From the NCBI GenBank assembly GCA_037143335.1, contig JBAWZA010000001.1:109253-173252 (forward strand): 64,000 nt of DNA, written 5' to 3'. A program made the position numbers and the translations under genes. Below are positions 38,227 through 49,463 of this stretch, piece by piece (positions within the stretch are counted from its first letter, which is position 1; the number at the start of each line of letters is the position of its first letter). The notes beneath the pieces are model-generated. The model saw only the letters and a program-made list of their open reading frames with translations. It was not told the origin of the DNA and ran no database searches. Source of the stretch: a bacterium. GTDB taxonomy: Bacteria > Bacteroidota > Ignavibacteria > Palsa-1295.

Positions 38227-38962
38227 TGGAATCCATTGTTTTTTGATATTGCACATTCCACCGCGTATCAACTTCTTTCCAATTTGTTTTCCAAATTATC
38301 TGATAGCCGAAATACAGACCAAATGCTAACATCGCTCCGCCAGTGAAATGGTTAATCCTTCTGAGTGTGAGAGGTTTGAGCGACGTAGAGCGTTTTGCAA
38401 AATAGCGAACGACTGTGAAGAACCAACCAGCGGTGCCGATGCCTGCCCCAATCGCAAACCCGAGAGCTGATGAGTAACCTGTGAGTGAGATGCCTTGATT
38501 ATTCCAGAATGAACTGATGAATATCCACTCTGGTACACCAGCAATGTTTGAGGCATAGAGAAGAACTCCGAGAAAAAATGAGCCAACATAGCTTGCCTTT
38601 TTTAACGGTAATCTTGAAAGCCGCTCTTCACCTTTGAGTTCGCGCTTTGTATCGGCTGCCGAAGGAGCAAAGGGTTGAGTCTCTTTTTTCGAAAGGAGAG
38701 AAGTAATCCCAAGATAGAGCAATAATCCGAAGCCAAGGATCTTGAATGAAAGATTGAAAATAGGGGAGTTCAGTAAGAATACATTGATCTGCGTAGCACC
38801 TCCGCAATAGATCACATCCATCAGTGCTCCGCCAAGTCCGACGACAAATCCATGTTTGTAGTTTAGATTTATTGTACGCGAAATCGCTGCCGCATTTGTC
38901 GGTCCGATCGGCATGGAAATCAGCCACCCAGACATAAATCCTACGATTATTGCTAAAATCAT
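38210..38962 (-). CDS. LysE/RhtB-family amino-acid exporter
   Basis: It has about six TM helices. The N-terminal helix (GPTNAAAISRT) is LysE-type. Confidence 0.65.
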   Translation of the reverse strand: MILAIIVGFMSGWLISMPIGPTNAAAISRTINLNYKHGFVVGLGGALMDVIYCGGATQINVFLLNSPIFNLSFKILGFGLLLYLGITSLLSKKETQPFAPSAADTKRELKGEERLSRLPLKKASYVGSFFLGVLLYASNIAGVPEWIFISSFWNNQGISLTGYSSALGFAIGAGIGTAGWFFTVVRYFAKRSTSLKPLTLRRINHFTGGAMLAFGLYFGYQIIWKTNWKEVDTRWNVQYQKTMDSITNSK

Positions 38963-39112
38963 TGATGCAAAGATACCTCCGCGAAGAACCGATCAAATAA
39001 TTTATACCGATAGCACTTGATTAGATGTCTGTCACAAAATAAGTTGTATTTTTGTATGTTGATGAATCTTACAATCGAATTTGCGATAGGGTAAAATCAT
39101 TTTTGTAGAACT

Positions 39113-40918
39113 ATGAGAAGTATCAAACTCTTCACGCTCGCTGTACTCGCATTTCTTTTTTCGCAATGTAAGGTAACCGCCCCGACTGACACAGCGGGTT
39201 CTTCATCGCTTGTCACGGAAGTTTTCAAAATTCTTGATATTACGGAGAATCGATTCTTACACTTCGGGGATTCAACAAATGGTAATCCTTGGAAAGCAAT
39301 CATGCGAACGGCAGACTGGCTTCAGACGCAAGCGAACGTTCAGTCAGTTGAAACCCTCGATAGCATCTACATTCGTGTTACGTTAAAATCCGGTTTGAAA
39401 GCAATGTTTCATTTTGATGAAACGGATGCGAACGGAAAGACACTATTCCGGGGTGGGGGACATTCGAATGGAAAAAACGACATGAGTCTGGAGCCATCAC
39501 CGCATCTGTTATCAACTAATACAATCAAGAATAAAAAGGTTTTAATTTTTTCTCCGCCCTATTATGAATTCTATGCCAATAACAATGAGATGCAAAAAGT
39601 CCTGGACCTATTGCACAGTTCGTCATTAAATCTGAATGTTACGTTACTCAAAAATGAGGAATGCTCTTTTGATGTGGTTAATACATTCGGAGACTACGGT
39701 CTTGTCATCCTCGATACTCACGGAAAGCCTGATGGGTTTATGGTCGGTGGTGTTGATACAACTTCCGATACAACTCAATGGCTTGCGGGCTTGACTCAGG
39801 ATCAGCTTAAGAGTCTTGCAGACACCCATGCAGGCGAAGGAAGCTACAATAAAATTCTTTCCGGCGATATCACTTTAGAGATGAGTGTCAAGGTGAATCC
39901 GACCCACTTTCAATGGTCCAAGGTTCAACACATGTACAAGTTCATCACATTCATGCTGAATTCCAGATACCTAGCTACGATACCAGATCTTAGCAAGACT
40001 GTTGTTTTCGGAAATATGTGCTATAGTGGTTGGAATTTCATTGGTCATAAAAACAGCTACTTTGTAGATGATCCAATCCGAGCCGCATTTTTGGCAAAGC
40101 ACCCGATTAGCTATTATTGTTATCATTTTGGCGATCCGAACTCTGACCTATCCCGGACTGTCTATGATGACTTTGCACATGTGATGGAGGACTCGTTACT
40201 CAGTGGTCTGGTGACGAATCGAGATAGTACTGGTCAGGTGTACCTGGAGCCAAATGGTACAAAGTATTATGATAACTTCGCCCCTGCAAATTATACAAAA
40301 TTATTTTTTAATCATTATGGCGCTGATGATTATAGTTACGCCCTCTGTGGTGATGACCTTCTCGACACACGCGATGGACAGATTTATAAAACAGTTTGCA
40401 TCGGCAAGCAAGTATGGATGGCGCAGAATCTGAATTACAATGTTGCGGGAAGTCATTGTCCCTATGACGATGGATCGCTGTGTGCTAAGTATGGCAGATC
40501 ATACGATTGGAAAACTGTTTTAGCGGGTTCAGATACCACTACAAAAATCCCAAGCGGAGTTCAAGGTATTTGTCCAAAGGGTTGGCACATTCCAAGTCCC
40601 GGAGAGTTCGATCAGTTAGTGACATTTCTTGGTGGTCCGTCGCTTGCAGGAGGGAAGATGAAAGATACAGTCCTATGGGACAGTCCAAATGCAGGTGCAA
40701 CAAACTCAAGCGGATTCTCTGCTCTTCCTGCTGGGCTTTGGACTGGTACACCTAACAACCAATACGCGTTCGGACGCCAGGCGTATTTCTTAACAACAGC
40801 GCAAAATCAAGGATTACCGATACAGTATTTGTTAGATACAGCAGGACCGGTGTTAAATTGGTACGGTGGCACATACGGTTCCAATTTTGCTTCGTGTAGA
40901 TGTGTGAAAGATCCCTAA
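39113..40918 (+). CDS. Lipoprotein with C-terminal Fibrobacter-type paralogous (FISUMP) domain
   Basis: The C-terminal segment (KTVCIGKQVWMAQNLNY...YGRSYDW...CPKGWHIPSPGEFDQL) matches the TIGR02145-type domain. Confidence 0.7.
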   Translation: MRSIKLFTLAVLAFLFSQCKVTAPTDTAGSSSLVTEVFKILDITENRFLHFGDSTNGNPWKAIMRTADWLQTQANVQSVETLDSIYIRVTLKSGLKAMFHFDETDANGKTLFRGGGHSNGKNDMSLEPSPHLLSTNTIKNKKVLIFSPPYYEFYANNNEMQKVLDLLHSSSLNLNVTLLKNEECSFDVVNTFGDYGLVILDTHGKPDGFMVGGVDTTSDTTQWLAGLTQDQLKSLADTHAGEGSYNKILSGDITLEMSVKVNPTHFQWSKVQHMYKFITFMLNSRYLATIPDLSKTVVFGNMCYSGWNFIGHKNSYFVDDPIRAAFLAKHPISYYCYHFGDPNSDLSRTVYDDFAHVMEDSLLSGLVTNRDSTGQVYLEPNGTKYYDNFAPANYTKLFFNHYGADDYSYALCGDDLLDTRDGQIYKTVCIGKQVWMAQNLNYNVAGSHCPYDDGSLCAKYGRSYDWKTVLAGSDTTTKIPSGVQGICPKGWHIPSPGEFDQLVTFLGGPSLAGGKMKDTVLWDSPNAGATNSSGFSALPAGLWTGTPNNQYAFGRQAYFLTTAQNQGLPIQYLLDTAGPVLNWYGGTYGSNFASCRCVKDP

Positions 40919-40920
40919 GC

Positions 40921-41385
40921 TTATTTTTTTACGGATAATATTGTTCTCTCCATTTGCCTGAGATGTTGGAGGTCGTGGTCTGCCATAATATCAAGAATCC
41001 GGTATGTATCTATTTCGCCAAACTTCGAGTGCATCCCTATGCGAGCAAGATCTTTCTCATTAAGTGCTTCGACAAGTTCGATTGTTTCATTGCGAGATGC
41101 CTTCCAGTCAGCGATGCCTTGATGAAAATCTTGCTCGTTGTATTTGTTCGTCTTCGCAAGTTCATCAGGATCAATTCTCTCGAAGTGCGGCTCGTCCTCA
41201 TGCAACATCAGGTGAATGCGTCGCTGCCAAAGTTCTTCTACCTCGAGTAAATGGTAAATGATCTCATTCACTGAGAATGCAATTTGATCTGGTTTGAGGG
41301 TCCTCAGTGAAGGTGGGATTACCTCCGCATAGGTGATTACCCTATGTATCGTATCTCTTAATTTTATGATTTGTTCTTCAATCAT
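40921..41385 (-). CDS. DinB-family (DinB_2) four-helix-bundle protein
   Basis: It has His-containing helices (IIYHLLEVEELW...DHDLQHLRQ). Confidence 0.7.
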   Translation of the reverse strand: MIEEQIIKLRDTIHRVITYAEVIPPSLRTLKPDQIAFSVNEIIYHLLEVEELWQRRIHLMLHEDEPHFERIDPDELAKTNKYNEQDFHQGIADWKASRNETIELVEALNEKDLARIGMHSKFGEIDTYRILDIMADHDLQHLRQMERTILSVKK

Positions 41386-41398
41386 AGTTCGTCTGAAA

Positions 41399-43369
41399 TT
41401 ACTCCTCCTCCGTTTGTCTCAATTTTTCCAACACAGAAAAATCCTCAAGCGTTGTGGTATCACCTTTTACATTTCCGGTGGATGCAAGCTCGCGGAGTAA
41501 TCTGCGCATTATCTTTCCTGATCTCGTCTTCGGCAATGCATCCGAAAAATGAATATCATCAGGTTTCGCGAATGATCCGATTTCCTTAGCAACATGTTCA
41601 CGCAATTGCGATTTAACTTCCTCGCTTCCAATGGAGCCAGACTTCAAGGTAACGAACGCAACAAGCGCCGAACCCTTGATCTCATCCGGTCTGCCAACTA
41701 CAGCGGCTTCAGCAACGCTTGAGAATGAGACAAGTGCGCTTTCGACCTCCATCGTGCCAATTCGGTGGCCACTTACATTGATGACATCATCGACGCGCCC
41801 CATGATCCAGAAGTAGCCATCCTTATCTTGTCTGGCACCATCTCCAGTGAAATAGATATTCGGGAATTCAGTGAAGTATTGCATCTTGAATCGCTCAGGG
41901 TCTTTATATATTCCTCTGAGCATCCAGGGCCAAGGTTTTTTAATGAGTAGGAATCCGCCTTCGTTTGCCTTTACTTTCACTCCTTCTTTATTCACAACTT
42001 CTGGCTGAATTCCAAAAAACGGTAAAGTCGCTGAGCCAGGCTTTGTGGCGATTGCTCCAGGAATTGATGCTATCATGATTGCACCGGTTTCTGTTTGCCA
42101 CCACGTATCGGTGATAGGACATTTTCCACCGCCAATTATTTTCTGATACCACATCCACGCTTCTGGATTGATCGGCTCGCCGACGGTGCCAAGTAAGCGA
42201 AGCGAGGAAAGGTCGTGGCGTTTGGGGAATTCATCTCCTGCGCGGATAAACGCACGAATAGCAGTCGGAGCGGTGTAAAAGATGCTAATTTTTCTGCGTT
42301 CGATGATATCCCAAAATCTTCCGAAGTCCGGAAAATTCGGCGCACCTTCATACATCATAATTGTTGCACCGTTCGAGAGAGGTCCGTATATCACATAACT
42401 GTGTCCCGTAACCCAACCTACGTCAGCTGTGCACCAAAAAATATCTTCGTCCTTCATATCGAAAATATATTTTGTCGTCAGGTATGCTCCGAGTAAATAC
42501 CCTCCTGTTGAGTGCACGATGCCTTTTGGTTTTCCTGTAGTCCCTGAGGTATAGAGAATAAAAAGCGGATGTTCGCTATCGAGTGCAACGCATTCGTTGG
42601 TTGCACTTGCTTCACTCATCAACTCCTGCCACCAATGATCTCGGCCGCTTGACATCATTACTTCTGTACCGGTCCGCTTGAGGACGATCACTTTTTCGAC
42701 AGTCGGACATCCGGTGCCGAGTAACGCATTATCTACATTCTTTTTTAATTCGATCACCGAGCCTCTGCGGAAAGTGCCATCGGCAGTAATAATAATTTTT
42801 GCTTCAGCATCATTTACACGGTCACGAATTGCTTCGGCGGAGAATCCACCGAAGATAACTGAATGCGTTGCACCAATTCGTGCACATGCAAGTACTGCGA
42901 CTACAAGTTCGGGCGTCATTCCCATATAGATTGCGATGCGGTCGCCTGATGTTGCTCCAAGTGAAATCAACATATTCGCGGCTTTGCATACCTCGCGGTG
43001 TAGCTGTTGATAGGTAAGTGTACGCTCATCGCCGAACTCTCCTTCAAAAATAATCGCTGCTTTATTTCTGCGTGCTGAGTCAAGATGTCTATCGAGGCAA
43101 TTGTAGCTTGCATTAATTTTTCCGCCAACGAACCACTCGGCAAAGGGTGCTTTCCAGCTCATTACTTTTTTCCATTTCTTAAACCAGTGTAGTTCTTCGG
43201 CTTGCTTTGCGAAAAATTTCTGCGGGTCGGCGATGCTTGCCTTATACATTTTTTCATATTGTTCTAGCGAGGAAATGTTGGCAACTGCACTAAATGTTTT
43301 CGAAGGCTTAAAAACTCTTTTCTCCGAAAGAGCTGATTCGATATGGGTTGATTGTTTCTTTGCTATCAT
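41399..43369 (-). CDS. acs: Acetyl-CoA synthetase
   Basis: The AMP-binding motif [11 protein letters not shown] and an Acs-type N-terminal domain are present. Length is 656 aa. Confidence 0.95.
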   Translation of the reverse strand: MIAKKQSTHIESALSEKRVFKPSKTFSAVANISSLEQYEKMYKASIADPQKFFAKQAEELHWFKKWKKVMSWKAPFAEWFVGGKINASYNCLDRHLDSARRNKAAIIFEGEFGDERTLTYQQLHREVCKAANMLISLGATSGDRIAIYMGMTPELVVAVLACARIGATHSVIFGGFSAEAIRDRVNDAEAKIIITADGTFRRGSVIELKKNVDNALLGTGCPTVEKVIVLKRTGTEVMMSSGRDHWWQELMSEASATNECVALDSEHPLFILYTSGTTGKPKGIVHSTGGYLLGAYLTTKYIFDMKDEDIFWCTADVGWVTGHSYVIYGPLSNGATIMMYEGAPNFPDFGRFWDIIERRKISIFYTAPTAIRAFIRAGDEFPKRHDLSSLRLLGTVGEPINPEAWMWYQKIIGGGKCPITDTWWQTETGAIMIASIPGAIATKPGSATLPFFGIQPEVVNKEGVKVKANEGGFLLIKKPWPWMLRGIYKDPERFKMQYFTEFPNIYFTGDGARQDKDGYFWIMGRVDDVINVSGHRIGTMEVESALVSFSSVAEAAVVGRPDEIKGSALVAFVTLKSGSIGSEEVKSQLREHVAKEIGSFAKPDDIHFSDALPKTRSGKIMRRLLRELASTGNVKGDTTTLEDFSVLEKLRQTEEE

Positions 43370-43451
43370 ATTGATTTAACGTTGGACTACAAAAATACCT
43401 CCACCGAGCAAGCAAGAATGGAAATCCCTGTTCTTGGGAGAATCAAATTGG

Positions 43452-43591
43452 TAGGGGCAGGCTTATAACCTGCGCCTACAGGTAAGGTGCAATTCGATGA
43501 ATCAGTGGGACGGACTCTTAGTCCGTCCCGAAAATTCGAACGGACTGAGAATCCGTTCCACTGGGACTGTGATTTCACAATCCAGACAGTC
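43452..43591. other. Cluster of four stem-loops in the acs/SDR divergent intergenic region (candidate structured RNA or regulatory element)
   Basis: The hairpins are at 43452-43478, 43507-43529, 43538-43558 and 43565-43591. Two of them share an ACGGACT...TCCGT core. Confidence 0.35.
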
Positions 43592-43630
43592 AAAGAATAG
43601 CCCGAACCTTTTCTACTCGAATGCAATTGA

Positions 43631-44377
43631 TTGCAGTTCAATATGGATATGCAAATGGACCAAGATCGGAGCGAAATCGTATGGATTACTGGTGCTTCTA
43701 AAGGCATTGGATATGCTTGTGCACGAGTGCTGGCAGCATCGGGTATGCGTGTTGTCATGAGTTCGCGCAATCGCAACGAGCTTGTGAATGCTGCAATGGC
43801 TATCCGAGCCGAGGGTGGAGATGCCCGCGCTGTGCAGTGCGATGTTTCAAACGAAGAGGATGTCGAGTGGGCGATTAAAAGTATTATGAAAGAGTATGGC
43901 GAAGGACCAGACATTCTCATCAACAATGCTGGGATTTCTCCGTATCAAAATATCGAAGATACCACGTCGAAGATTTTCGATGAAGTTATTGGAATAAACT
44001 TGATAGGAAATTTTATGTGTGCCACGGCAGTCTTGCCTGAGATGATTCGCAAAGGCAAGGGTACGATCGTTCAAATGCTATCCATCGCATCCACAAAAGC
44101 TTTTGCAGGTGGTGTGGCATACGGAGCGTCTAAATTCGGTGCGCTCGGATTTACGAATGCGCTTCGCGAAGAAGTTCGCCACCAAGGTATTCGCGTTGTA
44201 TCTGTTATGCCCGGTGCAACGGAGACGGAAGCATGGGATGAGCAAGAGCGCGATGCCTATCGTTCACGAATGATGCAACCGGGTGACATCGCCAAGGCTG
44301 TATCTGATGTTCTTGCTCAACCACATCGAACGATGGTTGAAGAAATTGTTTTACGACCGATCGGCGGAGATTTATAA
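43631..44377 (+). CDS. Short-chain dehydrogenase/reductase
   Basis: The TGASKGIG Rossmann motif and the YGASK active site are present. Confidence 0.85.
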   Translation: MQFNMDMQMDQDRSEIVWITGASKGIGYACARVLAASGMRVVMSSRNRNELVNAAMAIRAEGGDARAVQCDVSNEEDVEWAIKSIMKEYGEGPDILINNAGISPYQNIEDTTSKIFDEVIGINLIGNFMCATAVLPEMIRKGKGTIVQMLSIASTKAFAGGVAYGASKFGALGFTNALREEVRHQGIRVVSVMPGATETEAWDEQERDAYRSRMMQPGDIAKAVSDVLAQPHRTMVEEIVLRPIGGDL

Positions 44378-44389
44378 TTTTTTTTTCGA

Positions 44390-46039
44390 ATGCACAAAAA
44401 TATTCACGCACCCACAGGTACCGAACTCACGTGCAAAGGCTGGCTACAAGAAGCCGCGTATCGGATGATACAAAATAATCTTGACCCCGATGTTGCCGAA
44501 CGTCCCGACGAACTTGTCGTTTATGGTGGATCGGGTAAAGCTGCACGCAACTGGGAATGCTACGATGCGATTTTACGATCTCTCAAAGATCTCGAGAATG
44601 ACGAGACACTTCTTGTCCAATCAGGCAAACCAGTTGGGATCATGAAAACATATCCTGATGCACCGCGAGTTGTAATTTCAAACTCTCAGATCGTACCCGC
44701 TTGGGCAAATTGGGATGAATTCCGCAGACTCGAAGCGAAGGGCTTGACAATGTTCGGGCAGATGACAGCTGGAAGCTGGATATACATCGGTTCACAAGGC
44801 ATCGTCCAAGGAACCTACGAAACCCTCATGGAATGCGCGAAGCAACATTTCGGTGGCTCACTTGCTGGACGAACTGTACTAACCGCCGGTCTTGGCGGTA
44901 TGGGTGGTGCACAACCACTTGCTGGGAAAATGGCAGGAGCTGCAATCTTGTGTATAGAAATAGATCAGTCACGAATCGAGAAAAGAATTGCAACAGGGTA
45001 TTGCGATAAGTGGACTGGTGATGTTGATGAAGCTATTCGTTGGATAGACGATGCGAAAAAAGAAAAGCAAGCCATCTCCGTCGCTTTGCTTGGAAATGCA
45101 TCGGAAATTCTGCCTGAGCTTGTCAAGCGCAATTGGATTCCGGATATCGTCACCGATCAAACGAGTGCGCATGATCCACTCCGAGGTTATTATCCTGCTG
45201 GATATTCGAAAGCCGAGGCAGATAAGCTCCGCGAAACATCTTCGAGTGAATATGTGAAGCATTCGCTCGATTCGATTGCAACGCACGTTCGTGCAATGCT
45301 CGAGATGAAATCCAGAGGCGCGATTGCATTTGATTACGGAAATAATATCCGTGGCGAAGCGCTGAAAAATGGAGTAAGTAATGCATTTGATATTCCAGGT
45401 TTTGTACCCGAATATATTCGTCCACTTTTTTGCGAAGGCAAAGGACCATTCAGATGGGTTGCGCTCTCAGGCGATCCCGAAGATATTTACACAACCGATA
45501 GAGAAATTCTCAAATTATTTCCGAACGATGAAATTCTTCATCGTTGGATTCCACTTGCGCAAAAGCATATACATTTTCAAGGACTCCCCGCTCGCATTTG
45601 TTGGCTTGGAATGGGTGACCGTGCGAAAGCGGGATTACTCTTTAACCAGTTAGTGCGTGATGGAAAGGTGAAAGCACCAATCGTCATCGGTCGTGACCAT
45701 CTTGATTGCGGCTCGGTCGCAAGTCCGAATCGAGAAACTGAAGCCATGAAAGATGGTTCAGATGCGATTGCCGATTGGCCAGTTCTGAACTTTGCAATGA
45801 ATGCCATCGGCGGAGCGACATGGGTATCGCTTCATCACGGAGGTGGAGTGGGAATTGGGAATTCAATTCACGCTGGTATGGTAATACTCGCTGATGGGAC
45901 TGATGAGGCAGCAAAACGCTTGCAACGATGCCTAACCTATGATCCGACAATGGGAATTTTACGTCATGCCGATGCAGGGTACGAGAAAGCGGCATCGGTG
46001 GCGAAAAGCAACGGGATTCGGATACCTATGAATGTTTGA
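44390..46039 (+). CDS. hutU: Urocanate hydratase
   Basis: Full-length match to the urocanase pattern ([15 protein letters not shown]...[23 protein letters not shown]). Confidence 0.95.
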   Translation: MHKNIHAPTGTELTCKGWLQEAAYRMIQNNLDPDVAERPDELVVYGGSGKAARNWECYDAILRSLKDLENDETLLVQSGKPVGIMKTYPDAPRVVISNSQIVPAWANWDEFRRLEAKGLTMFGQMTAGSWIYIGSQGIVQGTYETLMECAKQHFGGSLAGRTVLTAGLGGMGGAQPLAGKMAGAAILCIEIDQSRIEKRIATGYCDKWTGDVDEAIRWIDDAKKEKQAISVALLGNASEILPELVKRNWIPDIVTDQTSAHDPLRGYYPAGYSKAEADKLRETSSSEYVKHSLDSIATHVRAMLEMKSRGAIAFDYGNNIRGEALKNGVSNAFDIPGFVPEYIRPLFCEGKGPFRWVALSGDPEDIYTTDREILKLFPNDEILHRWIPLAQKHIHFQGLPARICWLGMGDRAKAGLLFNQLVRDGKVKAPIVIGRDHLDCGSVASPNRETEAMKDGSDAIADWPVLNFAMNAIGGATWVSLHHGGGVGIGNSIHAGMVILADGTDEAAKRLQRCLTYDPTMGILRHADAGYEKAASVAKSNGIRIPMNV

Positions 46040-46129
46040 GAAGTTACCATCAGTGAGAGAGTTGCTATAACTCCTCGCGATGACGCTTTTCTCAAACTGG
46101 TCTTACAACATCTCAACACCAATTACTCC

Positions 46130-46858
46130 TTAAAAATACTTTTCAATTGCTTGCGGAAGCATTTCTCGCCAGGTGGGCCAATCGTGTTTCCAGGTTTCAT
46201 CCCAGCATTCAACGAAGTTAGGGATCTGTTTTTGTCCGAGCACCTCCGCCATCTTCCAACTACCTGAGGGATCTTCGTAGTCGCCACTACCTGTGTAAAG
46301 GTATATTTTTTTGTCGTTGCGCAACTGGCTCAAGATGTTTTGATCTTCGAGATTCGGCAAATAATCCATCGGTGAATTGAAATACACATCTTCATCGAAA
46401 TACCCTTTCGCGTACTCCTTGAGGTCATAGACTCCGCTCATACCAATTGCTCCATCAAAAAGATCGGGGCGGCGCAGTAGAGTATTGAGTGCATGGAGTG
46501 CACCGAATGAGACACCTGTTGTATAGAGCTTTTGTCCGTCTATCAAATTTTTGATATATGGGTACACCTCATTTACGATGTACTGATTGTATTGTTGATG
46601 ACGGATAGCTTTTTGACGGGGTTCGATCTCGGAGTTGAGCCAGCTCTCGGAATTGATTGAGTTAATCGAGAAGCAACGGATGCGCCCTGATTCGATATGG
46701 TGCTTAATCGAATCCACAAGATAGAATCGCTCGTACTCAAGGTAGTCCGCGGCAGCTGATGGGAACATCAGGAATGCGGGTCCCTGAAATCCGTACGATA
46801 CGATGGGCATATCCTTGCCAAGGTTATCCGAGTGCCATGAATCAAGTGTTCTTTGCAT
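46130..46858 (-). CDS. Esterase-family alpha/beta hydrolase
   Basis: The serine nucleophile is in context TGVSFGALHAL (G-x-S-x-G). Confidence 0.7.
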   Translation of the reverse strand: MQRTLDSWHSDNLGKDMPIVSYGFQGPAFLMFPSAAADYLEYERFYLVDSIKHHIESGRIRCFSINSINSESWLNSEIEPRQKAIRHQQYNQYIVNEVYPYIKNLIDGQKLYTTGVSFGALHALNTLLRRPDLFDGAIGMSGVYDLKEYAKGYFDEDVYFNSPMDYLPNLEDQNILSQLRNDKKIYLYTGSGDYEDPSGSWKMAEVLGQKQIPNFVECWDETWKHDWPTWREMLPQAIEKYF

Positions 46859-46937
46859 AAAGTCTGAGAGTATGAGAAAAAGTGAACTTCAACGCCAAAT
46901 TAACGGTAGTATAACCTTCTTTTAACGAAACGGATTC

Positions 46938-47561
46938 ATGGGAGATTTCTTACATTCACTTTTTTCCTCCGAAGGCTTGCGCCAGATGGTTACAAACGGC
47001 GGAATACCTGTGCTCTGCCTTATCATATTTGCCGAGACGGGCTTGCTCGTTGGTTTCTTTTTGCCAGGCGATACACTTCTTTTCTTGGCAGGCTCACTCG
47101 CCGCTACTGGAGAAATCGAGATGAATGTATTCGTGATGATCGTGCTCCTCACGCTCGCTGCGATCATCGGCAATTCTGTTGGATACTACATTGGCGCAAA
47201 AGCGGGTAAAAAATCATTCGACCGCCCGAACTCACAATTCTTTAAGCGCGAATATCTGATCAAAACACATAATTTCTATGAAAAATATGGTGGCATCACG
47301 ATGATCTTGGCAAGATTCTTGCCGATCGTCCGCACCTTTGCCCCTGTCGTCGGCGGAACGGTGGGCATGAGCAAGCAACGATTCACGATCTACAACATCG
47401 TCGGCGGTATTCTCTGGATCGGCGGAGTAACCATGCTCGGATTTTACCTCGGAAAAACTTTTCCCGATATCATCAAGTACCTCCAGATAGCCGTCGTCGG
47501 TGTGGTTATCGTATCGCTCTGTTTACCAGTAGTTGGATGGTTGAAGAGCCGGATGAAGTAA
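46938..47561 (+). CDS. DedA-family membrane protein
   Basis: AETGLLVGFFLPGDTLLFLAG matches the DedA motif. Confidence 0.8.
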   Translation: MGDFLHSLFSSEGLRQMVTNGGIPVLCLIIFAETGLLVGFFLPGDTLLFLAGSLAATGEIEMNVFVMIVLLTLAAIIGNSVGYYIGAKAGKKSFDRPNSQFFKREYLIKTHNFYEKYGGITMILARFLPIVRTFAPVVGGTVGMSKQRFTIYNIVGGILWIGGVTMLGFYLGKTFPDIIKYLQIAVVGVVIVSLCLPVVGWLKSRMK

Positions 47562-47681
47562 CATTAAAACTATGTTCGTGGATTTTCTTAAACTGATTGT
47601 ACTGATCCAGTTTTTCCATTTGGAATTATATGAAAAAATGCGTATATTTGTGTCTTAATGATCAAACACAAACAGACTTAA

Positions 47682-48239
47682 ATGGTTATTTTGATAGTTT
47701 TACTTGCTGTCGTTTTTATTGCTTGGAGCATATATAATAATAAAAAAGAATCTGCAGCACTTCTGGAGAAAGAAAAAACGACAGCTTATTTCAAAGATCA
47801 CCCTGAAGAAAAGGTAGAAAACGATTATCATCTTACTTACCGATTTGGGAAATATCTTACAGGACACCCAGACATTAACACTTCTCAGCTTGCTGACATA
47901 CGTGTGGCGCGTGATAGAATTGAGGTAATTAGTTCCGATGGAGACTACGGAGAAAACATTCTCGCCACAATACCAATTCTTCAGGTAAAATCCTCGAAGG
48001 TCGAGGACAGGAGTACGGTCGAATCTAGAATCACTGCAACAAGGCTAGTAGCTCTTGGGGTATTTGCTTTTGCTGCCAAAAAAACTGAAAAGCACCCTGA
48101 TTATTATTTAGTAATCGAGTGGAGTGATGGGAAATTCGATTTTGAGACAATCTTTGAATACTTTATTCCAGAGGCGAACGAGCTTGCAAATACAGTTAGT
48201 AACGCAATAATAAGAAGATGCAGAGAGCAGTCCCAGTAA
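47682..48239 (+). CDS. Hypothetical N-terminally anchored protein
   Basis: It has a single N-terminal TM helix and lies in an AT-rich context. I do not recognise a family. Confidence 0.4.
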   Translation: MVILIVLLAVVFIAWSIYNNKKESAALLEKEKTTAYFKDHPEEKVENDYHLTYRFGKYLTGHPDINTSQLADIRVARDRIEVISSDGDYGENILATIPILQVKSSKVEDRSTVESRITATRLVALGVFAFAAKKTEKHPDYYLVIEWSDGKFDFETIFEYFIPEANELANTVSNAIIRRCREQSQ

Positions 48240-48349
48240 ATACTGCATAGGAATTTGAGCTACTGCGTACTAAACCGATTTTTTTTCGGCATATTTTATT
48301 GTGGATCCGCCTATAGGCAGGGTTCGTAGCGCAATGAAATGGATAGGAA

Positions 48350-49369
48350 TTATTTCATCGCTGCTTCCAAAATTTTTTTGCACAAGTCCTCAAAGCTCAT
48401 CCCTGCGGCTTTGGCAGCTTTTGGGACAAGGCTGGTTTCTGTCATCCCGGGGAGTGTGTTGATTTCGAGGCAATAGAATGTATTATCGGGTTTGAGACGA
48501 TAATCCACTCGCGCATACCCTGTGCAATCACAACAGTTATAGACATTGAGTGCAGATGCTTGAATTTTTTTTGTAAGTTCATCCGGCAGATCAGCTGGTG
48601 CGAAGTATTGCGTCATGCCTTTTGTGTATTTATGATGGTAATCATAAAATCCACCTTCGGGGGCTATCTCGACTATCGGTAGTGGCTTCCCATCGAGAAC
48701 AGTCACAGTCAGTTCTCTTCCTTCGATGAATTCTTCGATGAGTGCGCCTTTGGAATATTTCCATGCAAGTCGTATCCCCGCTTCTATATCAAAATCTGCT
48801 TGAGTTGAAATTGTAAGTCCAACGGTCGAGCCTTGATCATTTGGTTTTACAACGATTCCGCCAGGCATCTTGGCAAGTGAATCTTTCATCACGTTCTCAA
48901 GCAACTCCGGTGTTGTGCTCGAAATGAAATTCCATTTCGGTGTGGGTATCCCACCTGCTTGCATCAGAATTTTCGTATAAGCTTTATCAATGGAGACAGC
49001 AGATGATCGAGAGCCACTACCCGTAAATTTCTTCCCCAATAATTCGAGCACGGCTTGCACTGGTCCGTCTTCGCCAGGTACTCCGTGCAATCCGATGATC
49101 ACTACATCAGCTTTTCGGACAGTATCTGAGACAAGACAATCCACGAAGACGCTCCCTTGCGAAAGCTCGCCAAGCTCTTCGGGTGTGGGCGCATGTGCTT
49201 TCGCAGGTGTGGTTGAGTATTCTGCTACGCTCATAGACTTGCCTGTGGCGGGGTCAAGAAGGGTTACATCATGCCCGAGCGCTACATAAGCCTTTGCCAT
49301 TGCATAGCCCGAAAGCAGAGAAATCTCGCGCTCAGCACTTGTGCCACCGAATAAAACGCATAAATTCAT
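48350..49369 (-). CDS. ddl: D-alanine--D-alanine ligase
   Basis: The N-terminal LFGGTSAEREISLLSG and a C-terminal ATP-grasp domain are present. Confidence 0.9.
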   Translation of the reverse strand: MNLCVLFGGTSAEREISLLSGYAMAKAYVALGHDVTLLDPATGKSMSVAEYSTTPAKAHAPTPEELGELSQGSVFVDCLVSDTVRKADVVIIGLHGVPGEDGPVQAVLELLGKKFTGSGSRSSAVSIDKAYTKILMQAGGIPTPKWNFISSTTPELLENVMKDSLAKMPGGIVVKPNDQGSTVGLTISTQADFDIEAGIRLAWKYSKGALIEEFIEGRELTVTVLDGKPLPIVEIAPEGGFYDYHHKYTKGMTQYFAPADLPDELTKKIQASALNVYNCCDCTGYARVDYRLKPDNTFYCLEINTLPGMTETSLVPKAAKAAGMSFEDLCKKILEAAMK

Positions 49370-49463
49370 AGAATTGAGAATTTAGAGTGTCAAATGAATT
49401 GTTGCAAAACTACGATGAACCGGTGATTGATACCGAGTTATCGCAATTCTATCGCCAACAACT

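Noticed and set aside
43387-43926. A 179-aa minus-strand ORF spanning the acs/SDR intergenic region and the 5' end of the SDR gene.
   Set aside because: It is a low-complexity translation, antisense to a well-supported SDR gene, and it covers the hairpin-rich spacer. I treat it as spurious.
48300-48345. GGGTTCGTAGCGC segment with weak resemblance to a tRNA T-arm, and a GCCTATAGGC palindrome 3' of ddl.
   Set aside because: No acceptor stem, D-arm or anticodon arm can be assembled. I found no tRNA anywhere in the window.
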